From a virus (Duplodnaviria > Caudoviricetes): a stretch of DNA of 35,730 nucleotides. Below are positions 26,083-34,935 of the stretch, one piece after another. The position numbers and the translations under genes were made by a program. The DNA lies in the IMG/VR virus record IMGVR_UViG_3300027253_000006, positions 1 through 35,730 of that record. The stretch is one strand, 5' to 3'. Positions within the stretch are counted from its first letter, which is position 1. The number at the start of each line of letters is the position of its first letter. The notes below the pieces were generated by a model that had not been told where the DNA came from, ran no database searches, and saw only the letters and a program-made list of their open reading frames with translations.

Positions 26083-27894
26083 CTATAACCCCACGCTTGT
26101 TAGTCTTGCTGTACTGTCTCTTACTTGTGCGGTATCACCCGAAGCAAGTTCTTTTATTTTTAGTTTAAAAGCCAATGTAGCATCCGTAAACGCAAGTTTA
26201 AAAGATACCTTGTTCCTATCAATTCCTGACCTGTATCTTTCAGTAATGTCGTAGCTTTGAATGAGAGTTGTACCTGCACTTTCCCACGCATAGGGATGCC
26301 AATAAGCTGTATCGCCTGTAGACATTGCCGCTGTAGAATTAGTAGAGCAAAAGTAAGTTCTATTTGTGGTAGGGTCATATTGAGAAGCTCGAATAGTATG
26401 CTCTATTGACCCACCAGTGCTAACCTGTGAAACTCTGCCAAACTGAGTAAATAAATGTGTTTTATCATCTGAAACATAGTACCACTCTTCACTGCTTGTT
26501 CTTATGCTATAAGGACCAGAAGTTGATTGCTCTGTAACAGTGCCTAATGTGTGCGTTGTCGCTCCCGAAGGTACGGTAAGCTGTAAGGTTAATCTTATGT
26601 CGTTTACTGAGCTAGTATAATTCCAATAAGTAGACCACTCCACATCAACATGACGACTAGTCTCTACAGGTGTTGTAGGATGATAAATAGTAGTGTATTG
26701 ACCTAAGTCTTGGTCTGATGTATTTAAATACAAGTAGCTTGTCGTGCCACCGAGCCGTACTTCGCTAGATTTGTAATAAGGAGACCAGCCAGTAATAGTG
26801 CCATCTACATTAACATTACCTTTAAGGTTTATGGTGTTTTCGCCATCTCCTGAAGTAGTGCCATTACCTATGTTGAATATATTTTTTGCGTTAGATGACT
26901 GACTGCCCATGTTAATGGTTGTAGAAAGCCCTGCAAAAAAACCAGTACCATAACCAGTTCCTATATTTACAACCTTAACGTCTGTTGCATTGCCGTTATT
27001 ACCACCTGTAGCAATATTAGTAGTAACACTGCCTGTTGTACTTATGTCTACGTTAGGTGCTGTGATAGTACCTGTGAACGTAGCACCTGATAAGTTAGCT
27101 TTACCTGAAATGTCTTGATGGGTTGTTAGATAATCAGAAGAATCAAAAGCCTTAACCTGCGCTAGGTTAGTTACTTCTGAATCCATTAAAGCACCTGCGG
27201 CAGTTACGTTAGTTGTATCCGTTACGTCTGCGCTTGTTTCTATGCCTGATAGCTTTGTTTTTTCTGCATCAGTAAATGCATTAGTATCTGATACAGCTTC
27301 ATAGGCTGACTTTATCTCTGCTCCTGTTTGGTCAGCAGTAGCATTAGCCTCAATACCATTTAGCTTACTGTGGTCAGCGTCTGTAAAATCATTTGTTGTT
27401 AAACCACCATCACCTACAATGTACGTTGTGTTTACACTATTGATGGTAAAGTTAGGATATGTACCAGTTATTGTAGTAGCACCTGTACCTGTCAAGGCTA
27501 CTGTCTGGTCTGGTGAATCATTGGTAATAGTACCATTACTCGCTATAGAGATACCAGTGCCGCCCGTAAGGACACCAGTAACATTAGCGGCTGTTACGCT
27601 TGCATCAGAACCCGCAGGACCTTGCGCTCCTGTAGCTCCTGTTGCACCCGTAGCTCCCGTTGCGCCTGTAGCTCCTGTGTCTCCTCTAGGTATTGTTAAA
27701 ACACCTGTAGAAGCATTATAGGACGCACTAGAACCTGCCGCGCCTGTAGCGGCTGTAAGCGTGAGTATAGAGTTTGCTGAGGCTTGTGCAAGGACTGCGG
27801 AAGCACTAGCGGCATTAGCCTGAGCAGTTACTTCCTGTAGAAAGGAATTGTCCGATGAATCTCCTGAGCCACCTACACCTCTGAATATAGCCAT
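26083..27894 (-). CDS. Fibre protein with a collagen-like segment (head or tail fibre)
   Basis: Gly-X-Y run, KLNGIE/KLSGIE repeats, T/G/S-rich. Confidence 0.8.
   Translation of the reverse strand: MAIFRGVGGSGDSSDNSFLQEVTAQANAASASAVLAQASANSILTLTAATGAAGSSASYNASTGVLTIPRGDTGATGATGATGATGATGAQGPAGSDASVTAANVTGVLTGGTGISIASNGTITNDSPDQTVALTGTGATTITGTYPNFTINSVNTTYIVGDGGLTTNDFTDADHSKLNGIEANATADQTGAEIKSAYEAVSDTNAFTDAEKTKLSGIETSADVTDTTNVTAAGALMDSEVTNLAQVKAFDSSDYLTTHQDISGKANLSGATFTGTITAPNVDISTTGSVTTNIATGGNNGNATDVKVVNIGTGYGTGFFAGLSTTINMGSQSSNAKNIFNIGNGTTSGDGENTINLKGNVNVDGTITGWSPYYKSSEVRLGGTTSYLYLNTSDQDLGQYTTIYHPTTPVETSRHVDVEWSTYWNYTSSVNDIRLTLQLTVPSGATTHTLGTVTEQSTSGPYSIRTSSEEWYYVSDDKTHLFTQFGRVSQVSTGGSIEHTIRASQYDPTTNRTYFCSTNSTAAMSTGDTAYWHPYAWESAGTTLIQSYDITERYRSGIDRNKVSFKLAFTDATLAFKLKIKELASGDTAQVRDSTARLTSVGL
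27604..27684 (-). repeat. Collagen-like (Gly-X-Y)9
   Basis: GDT(GAT)5GAQGPAGSD. Confidence 0.9.
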
Positions 27895-27935
27895 GAAACA
27901 TTCCTATAGTTAAAAAAAAATAAAAAGAATTGTAT

Positions 27936-27974
27936 AAAAAAGAAAAGGGAAAGGGGCTTCCGAAGAAACCCCTT
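27936..27974 (-). terminator. Rho-independent terminator after the major capsid gene
   Basis: Minus strand AAGGGGTTTC-TTCG-GAAGCCCCTT (cUUCGg loop) followed by pyrimidine/U runs. Confidence 0.85.
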
Positions 27975-27982
27975 AAGTACTA

Positions 27983-28933
27983 CTAAGCGTTTACAGCGAT
28001 GTTGAATGCCGCGTCTGGACGTAGAACAGCAGTGCCGTACAAAGTATCAGCAGTGTAAAGAGAACCTAAGAACTCTTGCTTGTACTGAGTTTGTGAACGA
28101 ACACCTTGTTGCTCTGCTAGAACCATTGCGTCTTTGTGGAACAACATAGCTTGTTTAACGTCACCACCTGCGCTGTTAGCGGCGGCAGTTTCGATAACAG
28201 GACAGTTAGAAGAAACAAAGATGTCGATACCATACAAGTTACCGATTTGACCATTGTTTACAACTTTACCATCTACGAAATCACTAGAAGAGTAACGGTC
28301 GATACCCATGATAGCGTTACGGATTGATGGTGGTACTACTAGACAACGATTGTCCATAGGCACGTCAGCATCATCCATTTTTTGAATTAGCTCACGGAAA
28401 CCTGCATCATTGAATACGTCACCTGCGGCTACAGAGTCTACAGCGTAAGCCTCAAGACCAGTGCTACCTGCGAAGTTGTAAGTACCAGTACCAACGTAAT
28501 CACCACCGTTGTCACCGAAAGACTTACCTAGAGCAAACAAGTCAGAATCTACTTGTTTAGCTAGAGCATAACCTGCGTCACCAGTGTAGAACTGACGAAG
28601 AGAAGCTAGTGCTTGTACGTCTGTGATGTCTTCGATTAGACGTGAGTACTCGAAGTGCTTGTCAATAACTACTTGTACTTCAGACTCAGTAGCGTTCTGA
28701 ATGGTTACTGCCGCGCCTTCTGCTTTAGCATGAGCATCACCACGAGTAGGCTTAGGAATGTGAAGGGTATCACCTTTCTTTCCTGCCATAGCCATTTTCT
28801 TAACGAGAGGTGCTAATACAAGGTTAGATTGATAAGCGGCAACAACTTCGTCACTCCAGATTTCTGGGATAAAAGTTGCCGCGCTAGTGTTATCTACTGC
28901 TCCGCCCATTGCGGGATAAGTTGAATCAGTCAT
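27983..28933 (-). CDS. Major capsid protein
   Basis: FIPEIWS, GDTLHIP, GYALAKQVD, G.IGNLYGIDIFVS, ADTLYG..VLRP; follows the scaffold gene, precedes a terminator. Confidence 0.9.
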   Translation of the reverse strand: MTDSTYPAMGGAVDNTSAATFIPEIWSDEVVAAYQSNLVLAPLVKKMAMAGKKGDTLHIPKPTRGDAHAKAEGAAVTIQNATESEVQVVIDKHFEYSRLIEDITDVQALASLRQFYTGDAGYALAKQVDSDLFALGKSFGDNGGDYVGTGTYNFAGSTGLEAYAVDSVAAGDVFNDAGFRELIQKMDDADVPMDNRCLVVPPSIRNAIMGIDRYSSSDFVDGKVVNNGQIGNLYGIDIFVSSNCPVIETAAANSAGGDVKQAMLFHKDAMVLAEQQGVRSQTQYKQEFLGSLYTADTLYGTAVLRPDAAFNIAVNA

Positions 28934-28957
28934 TTTAATACTTCCTATATAATAATA

Positions 28958-29743
28958 TTAGTTTCGTACCCTCCCTTCTTTATACGCTTGCATAATCTCA
29001 TTTGATAGTGCTTGGTATCTGTCGGGGTCAGTACGCATTAGTTTAATAATGTCTGCGCGTCTGTAGATTTTCTTGGCTCTCTGTTCACCACTACCACGGG
29101 CATTGCCTGTAGATGCGGATTTAACAGATTGCTTTCGTTGTTGTTTCTCATTAGCGGCAGTTTGAGTGACAACCTGTTGACGTTCTTTCCATAGGGAAAA
29201 TAGTTCGTCAGCGGCATCTACATCATACTGTTGGTCTGCCTGTGCAAAGAGCCGTGTCCTAATCTTCGAAGCCTTAATCCACTCAACGAACTTAGCGTCC
29301 TGCAAGATTCCCTGCATCTCAGGGTGTTTTGTTTGCAGTGTAGCCATAGCCGTTGATTGTCGATACTGGTTGCTGATGTTCTCAGCTTCCTTAATCTTCG
29401 GGTGATTATTAATTGCTCTCTCGACTGCCTTGTCGGGGTCAGAGAAAAAATCTACTTCTTCGTCAGCATTTGTTGCTTGTGTTTCAGTGTCGGTGAGTTG
29501 TGTCTGAATGTAGTCATCAACAACTTTGCGTAAATCACCCACTTCAGAACTTTGTTTACCTAAGAGTTTTTCAGCCTCTTGATGCATCCGTACTATCTCG
29601 GCTGTACTCTTCCCTTGATACTTCTCAGGTATATCTGACTCAGGTTCTTCAAGAGTTGCCTCAGCTTGAGGTTCTTGTTCTAGCGTTGTGTCAATGTCGT
29701 TCTCTTCTACGTCTTCTGGACGCTCATCTATTAGTCTTGCCAT
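28958..29743 (-). CDS. Capsid scaffolding protein
   Basis: IPEKYQGKS...HQEAEK; acidic N-terminus; C-terminal AYKEGRV; directly upstream of MCP. Confidence 0.85.
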   Translation of the reverse strand: MARLIDERPEDVEENDIDTTLEQEPQAEATLEEPESDIPEKYQGKSTAEIVRMHQEAEKLLGKQSSEVGDLRKVVDDYIQTQLTDTETQATNADEEVDFFSDPDKAVERAINNHPKIKEAENISNQYRQSTAMATLQTKHPEMQGILQDAKFVEWIKASKIRTRLFAQADQQYDVDAADELFSLWKERQQVVTQTAANEKQQRKQSVKSASTGNARGSGEQRAKKIYRRADIIKLMRTDPDRYQALSNEIMQAYKEGRVRN

Positions 29744-29750
29744 TATTAAA

Positions 29751-29818
29751 CTCCGTGATTAATATCATTATGGAGGTGTATTAAGTGTAAGGGTTCTATG
29801 GTCGAGAGTTAACCTTAC
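29751..29818 (-). promoter_or_regulatory. Two hairpins in the scaffold leader; one sequesters the SD
   Basis: GTAAGG..CCTTAC and CTCC-ATAA-TGAT-ATTA-ATCA-C-GGAG. Confidence 0.5.
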
Positions 29819-29827
29819 GTTATTGTG

Positions 29828-30040
29828 TTACGATTTGTTAGCGTTCATGTGTGACTCTCTTTGTCTAGCCCACTTCCGTGTTTCCTTCCAAGAGTCTTTA
29901 CCACGATTAACTTTTACAGGTGTAACAATCTTTCTAGCCTTCAACTCACAATCAGGACAATCAACTTCTTCTACGTCTGAGCCTCTAAGAAACTCGTTGA
30001 CGTGTCCGTTGTCACATTGAAAGTCGTATAAACGTCTCAT
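29828..30040 (-). CDS. FmdB-like zinc-ribbon protein
   Basis: YDFQCDNGH..E...CPDC. Confidence 0.75.
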   Translation of the reverse strand: MRRLYDFQCDNGHVNEFLRGSDVEEVDCPDCELKARKIVTPVKVNRGKDSWKETRKWARQRESHMNANKS

Positions 30041-30288
30041 TCTTCTAAGTCGTCTTGTTCTTCTTGTTGTTGTTTAGCTGTTTCTATCTGTGACTCTAGG
30101 TTCAGCATATTAGCCATGACTACAAGTTGTCCCTTACGGAAGTTAAGGTCTTTGTCGTCTTTACAGGCTTCTACGGAGTTGACCTGTTCTGCACTTCCTT
30201 TAAAGTCTTGCATTAAGTTCTTCCAACCATCTGAACGGAACATCTCTTCAAAGGAACGATAGTACTTCTCTAGTTCTACATCAGTCAT
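30037..30288 (-). CDS. Conserved head-module hypothetical protein
   Basis: MF.SDGWK, L.FRKGQL; GGAG RBS. Confidence 0.8.
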   Translation of the reverse strand: MTDVELEKYYRSFEEMFRSDGWKNLMQDFKGSAEQVNSVEACKDDKDLNFRKGQLVVMANMLNLESQIETAKQQQEEQDDLEE

Positions 30289-30359
30289 CTACTGTTTCTC
30301 CCTATAGGACAGCTTTAATTAATAATTTAAATAACATACTTAATGTATATTATAGTAAT

Positions 30360-30388
30360 ATTATACCATAGTTTACTAAGAAAGTCAA
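30360..30388 (-). promoter_or_regulatory. Strong sigma70 promoter for the scaffold/capsid operon
   Basis: TTGACT, 17 bp spacer, TGg-TATAAT. Confidence 0.85.
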
Positions 30389-30391
30389 GTA

Positions 30392-30646
30392 CTATTTACG
30401 ATGTCTTGCTGTTTTCTTTGCAATCTTTTTAGGTTGTTTACTTACTTGTTTACCCGCTTTGGTGTCAGCACGTTTCTTACGTGTCGTAGCGGCATATTCC
30501 TTCTTGGTCAAAGCCTGTCGTGCCTTCTTGGGTAAGTAACGCTCACCAGTAGCCTTCTTGCCTTGCGTACTGGGTTTGCCTGACTTAGTGCCCCATTCCT
30601 CTTTAGTCCACTTCTTAAGGCTTTTCTGTGACTTCTTTAGTGGCAT
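30392..30646 (-). CDS. Basic protein resembling the C-terminal half of DUF5872-like proteins
   Basis: QKSLKKWTKEEWGTK...GERYLPKKA...KKR...GKQ. Confidence 0.75.
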   Translation of the reverse strand: MPLKKSQKSLKKWTKEEWGTKSGKPSTQGKKATGERYLPKKARQALTKKEYAATTRKKRADTKAGKQVSKQPKKIAKKTARHRK

Positions 30647-30828
30647 TACTTGTACCCTCCACCTTTAGCTTTGTACTCTTTAGCGAGCATCTGTGCCTTC
30701 CTAGCAGACCACTGTCCTGCCTTACCACCCTTAGTACCTGCTTTGATTCTATTAAACAAGTTCTTACGCATGGTAGGCTTAGTGTAGTTACCCGCCTTGT
30801 TTACTGTGGATTTCTTTTTAGTAGGCAT
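30646..30828 (-). CDS. Basic protein resembling the N-terminal half of DUF5872-like proteins
   Basis: YTKP..RK...IKAG.KGG.AGQWSARKAQ.LAKEYK.KGGGY. Confidence 0.78.
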   Translation of the reverse strand: MPTKKKSTVNKAGNYTKPTMRKNLFNRIKAGTKGGKAGQWSARKAQMLAKEYKAKGGGYK

Positions 30829-30830
30829 AA

Positions 30831-30932
30831 TTACTTGCCTTTTTTCATTGGCTTCTTTTTAGGTTTAGCTGTAGTTTTCTTCTTTGGTGGTCTTCCTACT
30901 TTACTACCGTATGTACCTTTACCGTATGGCAT
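30831..30932 (-). CDS. 33-aa Lys-rich peptide, not in the ORF track
   Basis: AGGAG RBS; MPYGKGTYGSKVGRPPKKKTTAKPKKKPMKKGK. Confidence 0.75.
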   Translation of the reverse strand: MPYGKGTYGSKVGRPPKKKTTAKPKKKPMKKGK

Positions 30933-30945
30933 AGTATTCTCCTGA

Positions 30946-31236
30946 TTACCATTTAACTTTATCAGCCCAATAAGCCGCAGACATCTTACCTTTAGCAATG
31001 TTCTTACCGTGTCTGGACTTGAAGGACTTACGTTTAGCTTTCATCTTAGCGGACTCACCTGCTTTAGGTTTGCCCGCTGTGCTTGCACCCTGCTCACCAA
31101 AGCGTATGGTCTTAATCTTGTCACCTTCTTTAGCAACTACCACATGAGACTTCTTGGCATGACTAGGTGTACGCTTTGGTTTGTTAAAGCCAGAGACTCC
31201 TGCTCTAGCCAGTCTTGGGTCTTTTTTTACTGGCAT
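30946..31236 (-). CDS. Basic protein (IRFG...RKSFKSRH...SAAYWA..VKW)
   Basis: AAGGAG RBS; TAATG coupling to the portal gene. Confidence 0.8.
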   Translation of the reverse strand: MPVKKDPRLARAGVSGFNKPKRTPSHAKKSHVVVAKEGDKIKTIRFGEQGASTAGKPKAGESAKMKAKRKSFKSRHGKNIAKGKMSAAYWADKVKW

Positions 31237-31366
31237 TAGATTTCTCCTTGCGGGATTCCTTGAGGTCTTGGAGGTCTGCTTCCAATACCGCCAGTCGCTT
31301 GAGGGTTTGGTCGAATGCCTTGTTCACCTGCTCCAATGCCTCGTTGAATTGACGCTGTGTTATCAT
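31205..31366 (-). CDS. Overprinted 53-aa coiled-coil protein, not in the ORF track
   Basis: AAGGA RBS; MITQRQFNEALEQVNKAFDQTLKRLAVLEADLQDLKESRKEKSNASKKRPKTG in a different frame from the portal. Confidence 0.65.
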   Translation of the reverse strand: MITQRQFNEALEQVNKAFDQTLKRLAVLEADLQDLKESRKEKSNASKKRPKTG

Positions 31367-33314
31367 TTGCTTTTCCTTGTTGGGTTTCTTTAACAGCTAC
31401 TTCACGTTCCTTTAGTAACTGCTCTGATATTTTAAGACGTTTCTGGAACTCTTTATCATCCGCATCACCTGACTTAAGGTTAGCTGTAACAGCCTTAATA
31501 CGGTCAATCTCAAGCTCCTGTGGTACAACACTTGCCTCTGCCGCAAGTTTCTGCGCTCTAGCTTGTGACTCTGTAGCTTGACCTTGTAGTGCCGCAGTTT
31601 GTGACTTCTGGAACTCCATCTGTGCTTGTTGCATAGCTTGCTGTGCTTGCTGTGCCTGTGGGTTAGGCTGATTAGCTTGTTGCAACGAAGAGATAAGTTC
31701 TTCACGATTAGACAGGTTCATGTTATCAATGATTGACATAATCAACTGTGAGTACATTGGGTTGTCTTGTTGCATAGTCTGTAGTAACTGTACAAGCTGT
31801 GTAACCTCATACTCACGGGCAATGATACCTAGACTGCTAGACGTATGGAACTTGTAGTCCGCTACAGGATAACGCTCAGGGTTAAACTGCATATAACGAT
31901 GTGCGGCTTTAGTTACGAATGGAATAAGGAATGATTCTTGAAAGTTAATCAACGTACGCTTGTGACGCTTGATGATAGCACCGAGGCTCATAGAGATACC
32001 TGCGGCTGTTGACTCACCGTTAATAGAACCAGAGATACCCGCAGAGTCAATAGCACCTGTGGCTGTCTGCACCATCTTCTGTAGTTCACCTGCCTGTGCA
32101 AAGGTAACTTGACTAACATTACCGAAGTTTAATGGCTGTAGGACTTCAGCAGGGTTACCGTTGGTTAGGATAGTCTTGCCCGCTCGTACCTCTGCTTTAG
32201 CACCTCGAGGCATACGTGTAGCGTCAATAGCCATCATTGGGTGTATAGTAAGTGCTAAGGCATCGATTCTAGCGCGTAGTTCTGCGTCTAACGCCTTTTG
32301 AGAGTTATACCCTTTCTCACATACTCCTCGACCCCAGAAACGGCTAGGAACGACATCCCACGGGAATGCAACGACTGGTCTGTCACCCATCATGTATGGA
32401 TTCTCTTCAGCCTTTAGGATAGTGCCATCATTGGCAATAACAACGACTGCCTCTACGTAGTATGAATCACTCTTTTCATTAGCGACTATTTCTTCTACTT
32501 CTTCGTCTTCTGATTCTTCTTGAGCCGCTTTTAATAAATGACGAGGTACTAAACCATAGTACTTAGTTAGACGTACTTTATCGTCTTCGAATACCGCTAG
32601 GTCTTTATCTGGTTCAATGTCGAAGTCTGATGGTGCATCACCTACGTATACGTCACGATAGACTCCTGCTTCCTGTAGTTGCTCTACAGAGTGCATAGGT
32701 ACAAACTCATCTACTGCACAACCTAACGCTTCCTCAATGGAAGTAGCTAGTGGGTCGATAAGGAAGTTCTGTGGCATTACTGGTCGTAGCTTTACGCAAG
32801 TCATATCTACGATGTTGACACCAACCGCTGTTAAATCCCCACCCATAACAGGCTGTGTAGCAGGTTGGAACTCTTTCTCTTCTTCTAATACTACTTCAGC
32901 GATACCTGTACCGAATACAGCCGCGTTAATAAGGCACTCAGCTACGCTCTTACGGACTTTATTCTTTTTAAAGTCTTTGTATAGGACTTCACGTAACATC
33001 GCTATATCACGCTTTTCTTGGTCTGCTACGTCATCCTCAATGTCAAACCACTTACCACGACCAAAGGTAGCTTCCTCTAGTTCCGCAACGGATGACTCAA
33101 CTGCTTGCTGTAGCGCAGGGGAGATAATACGTGAGCGTTCCGAATCTCTGGTCTTGTCCTCTGCCGCCCACTGACCGCGCCATAGGCGATAGTACTCATC
33201 AAACTTCTGTGAGTAGTTGGATTCGTAGTGATTACGCCAACCTTGACATTTATCAATGACCCAATCCTCTAGGCTTTGCTCCAGTGTAAACTCTTCTTTA
33301 TCTTCTAGTAACAT
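31236..33314 (-). CDS. Portal protein (P22-like with a C-terminal helical barrel)
   Basis: FGTGIA, PQNFLIDP, FWGRGV, TAAGISM; Gln-rich coil; directly after terL. Confidence 0.9.
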   Translation of the reverse strand: MLLEDKEEFTLEQSLEDWVIDKCQGWRNHYESNYSQKFDEYYRLWRGQWAAEDKTRDSERSRIISPALQQAVESSVAELEEATFGRGKWFDIEDDVADQEKRDIAMLREVLYKDFKKNKVRKSVAECLINAAVFGTGIAEVVLEEEKEFQPATQPVMGGDLTAVGVNIVDMTCVKLRPVMPQNFLIDPLATSIEEALGCAVDEFVPMHSVEQLQEAGVYRDVYVGDAPSDFDIEPDKDLAVFEDDKVRLTKYYGLVPRHLLKAAQEESEDEEVEEIVANEKSDSYYVEAVVVIANDGTILKAEENPYMMGDRPVVAFPWDVVPSRFWGRGVCEKGYNSQKALDAELRARIDALALTIHPMMAIDATRMPRGAKAEVRAGKTILTNGNPAEVLQPLNFGNVSQVTFAQAGELQKMVQTATGAIDSAGISGSINGESTAAGISMSLGAIIKRHKRTLINFQESFLIPFVTKAAHRYMQFNPERYPVADYKFHTSSSLGIIAREYEVTQLVQLLQTMQQDNPMYSQLIMSIIDNMNLSNREELISSLQQANQPNPQAQQAQQAMQQAQMEFQKSQTAALQGQATESQARAQKLAAEASVVPQELEIDRIKAVTANLKSGDADDKEFQKRLKISEQLLKEREVAVKETQQGKANDNTASIQRGIGAGEQGIRPNPQATGGIGSRPPRPQGIPQGEI

Positions 33315-33315
33315 A

Positions 33316-34572
33316 TTAGTACCCTGCGTAAGTATCTAAAAATTCAAATTCTTCTTCCACATAGTCCGAGGTGTAGGCTATGTTAGCCAACTGGTCTATG
33401 TAAGCGAGTGAGTCAATCAAGTCATCGTGTACGTGGTGACTAGGGAATTGGAACAGTTCATCTAGGAACTCTGTATTCCAAGCACCCTTGTTAAGTGTAA
33501 TCTTACCGTGTTCAAACCTACCCTGCAAAGCCCACACGATTCTATCGGTCTTCTTCTTGTTGCCATGAGTCAGTTCCTCAATACGGAAGAACCTATCATT
33601 AGCCTTCATCAAGTCTGAGATGTAGGGAAGTACAGCGTTCTTTAACGCCCCTTTCTCAATCCCGACAGATACTGGACGATAGTCTCGTACAGCTTCAAAG
33701 ATTTTACGTGCAGTTTCTTGCACACCCCACCGACCGTGAATGATGTCAGCAACGTACCAACCTTGTTCATTTGCTTTAACAACCGAGATAGCCGTTTGGT
33801 CAAGTCGTTTAGTTTTAGTTGTAGCTTTTGCCACATCAGCAAACCCCGCCAAATCGACAGCAATATAATACTGACCACTAGAGGGTTCTTCTTCAGAAAA
33901 CTTAATGTAATCTTCTTTAAATAATTCACTGCCCTGTGCCTCGAATGATGCCATGAACTCCTGACGGAAACTAAATGCAGACATAGACTTCTTAGCCGCT
34001 TCAATCTCTTCAGGGTCTAGCAGTGGATTATCATAGCTTGTAAAGTGATAACCTACAAAGGTCTCATCCTCTGCTACACAAGCATAGTTATATAAGTCAT
34101 AGAAGTGATTACGTCCCATTGGCGTACCAATGAACAGTGCATCTCCCTTCTGGTCAGCTAGTGCAGGTCTAAGGATTTGCTCCCAGACCTCTGGCTTCAT
34201 ATCGGCATACTCATCCATAACGAGGAACTTAAGACTGACACCACGCATGGTTTCTGGTCTATCTGCACCCTTGAGTGCTATGGTTGCGCCATTTACTAGC
34301 TTTATTTGTAAGTTGTTAACATGACTAGAGGCTATGACGGGGTTGCCTATCTCCATCAACACCTGCCACATAATGTCCCTAGCCTGACCCTGTGTAGGTG
34401 CAACGTAGAAGACATGCCCCTTGTCTGACTGTAAAGCCCTGATGATTAACATCCATGCGGCTAGTCTGGACTTGCCTGTACGTCTACCTGCGGCTATGAC
34501 CTTGAATCTAGTTGTGTCCTCAAAGACTTCCTGTTGCCACGGTAAGAGTGATACGTTTAATTCCGTAGTCAA
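33316..34572 (-). CDS. terL: Terminase large subunit
   Basis: AAGRRTGKS, YVAPT, RG...LVMDE, IGTP.G.N.FY, nuclease DLAG and HDDLIDSLAY. Confidence 0.97.
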   Translation of the reverse strand: MTTELNVSLLPWQQEVFEDTTRFKVIAAGRRTGKSRLAAWMLIIRALQSDKGHVFYVAPTQGQARDIMWQVLMEIGNPVIASSHVNNLQIKLVNGATIALKGADRPETMRGVSLKFLVMDEYADMKPEVWEQILRPALADQKGDALFIGTPMGRNHFYDLYNYACVAEDETFVGYHFTSYDNPLLDPEEIEAAKKSMSAFSFRQEFMASFEAQGSELFKEDYIKFSEEEPSSGQYYIAVDLAGFADVAKATTKTKRLDQTAISVVKANEQGWYVADIIHGRWGVQETARKIFEAVRDYRPVSVGIEKGALKNAVLPYISDLMKANDRFFRIEELTHGNKKKTDRIVWALQGRFEHGKITLNKGAWNTEFLDELFQFPSHHVHDDLIDSLAYIDQLANIAYTSDYVEEEFEFLDTYAGY

Positions 34573-34935
34573 CTAGTAAGTCCACATTACATAAGGGGTT
34601 GTATCGTCAGGACTGCGGATGTCAACATGGACGAAACCACGAGCAACTCCCACGCCTGTGAATCCAAGCGCGATAGCCTTCTCAACGATACGAAACCGTT
34701 GGTAGCCGTTAGTGACTTTAATATCCGCGGCAATGCCTTGTGCATGAGTTCCTGTTCCTGGTTTTGCTTTCTTAGCTTCAATGGGGTGTGTTTTATCTCT
34801 AAATCCTGACGTAATTACAAAGGGGAAACCACAGGCTTCTCTTAGCTTATCTAGCTTCTCAATAAACTCTTCTTTAATCTCGTTGTTGCCTGTGTACTGA
34901 CAAGCAAACTCATCTCTATCAAAGTACTTAGCCAT
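34573..34935 (-). CDS. Peptidase M15 family endolysin
   Basis: ITSGFR...H, HAQGIAADI, GFTGVG...FVHVD. Confidence 0.9.
   Translation of the reverse strand: MAKYFDRDEFACQYTGNNEIKEEFIEKLDKLREACGFPFVITSGFRDKTHPIEAKKAKPGTGTHAQGIAADIKVTNGYQRFRIVEKAIALGFTGVGVARGFVHVDIRSPDDTTPYVMWTY

Noticed and set aside
27975-28000. T7-style frameshift or read-through extension of the capsid protein
   Set aside because: Tandem TAG TAG stops, a terminator immediately after, and no slippery site
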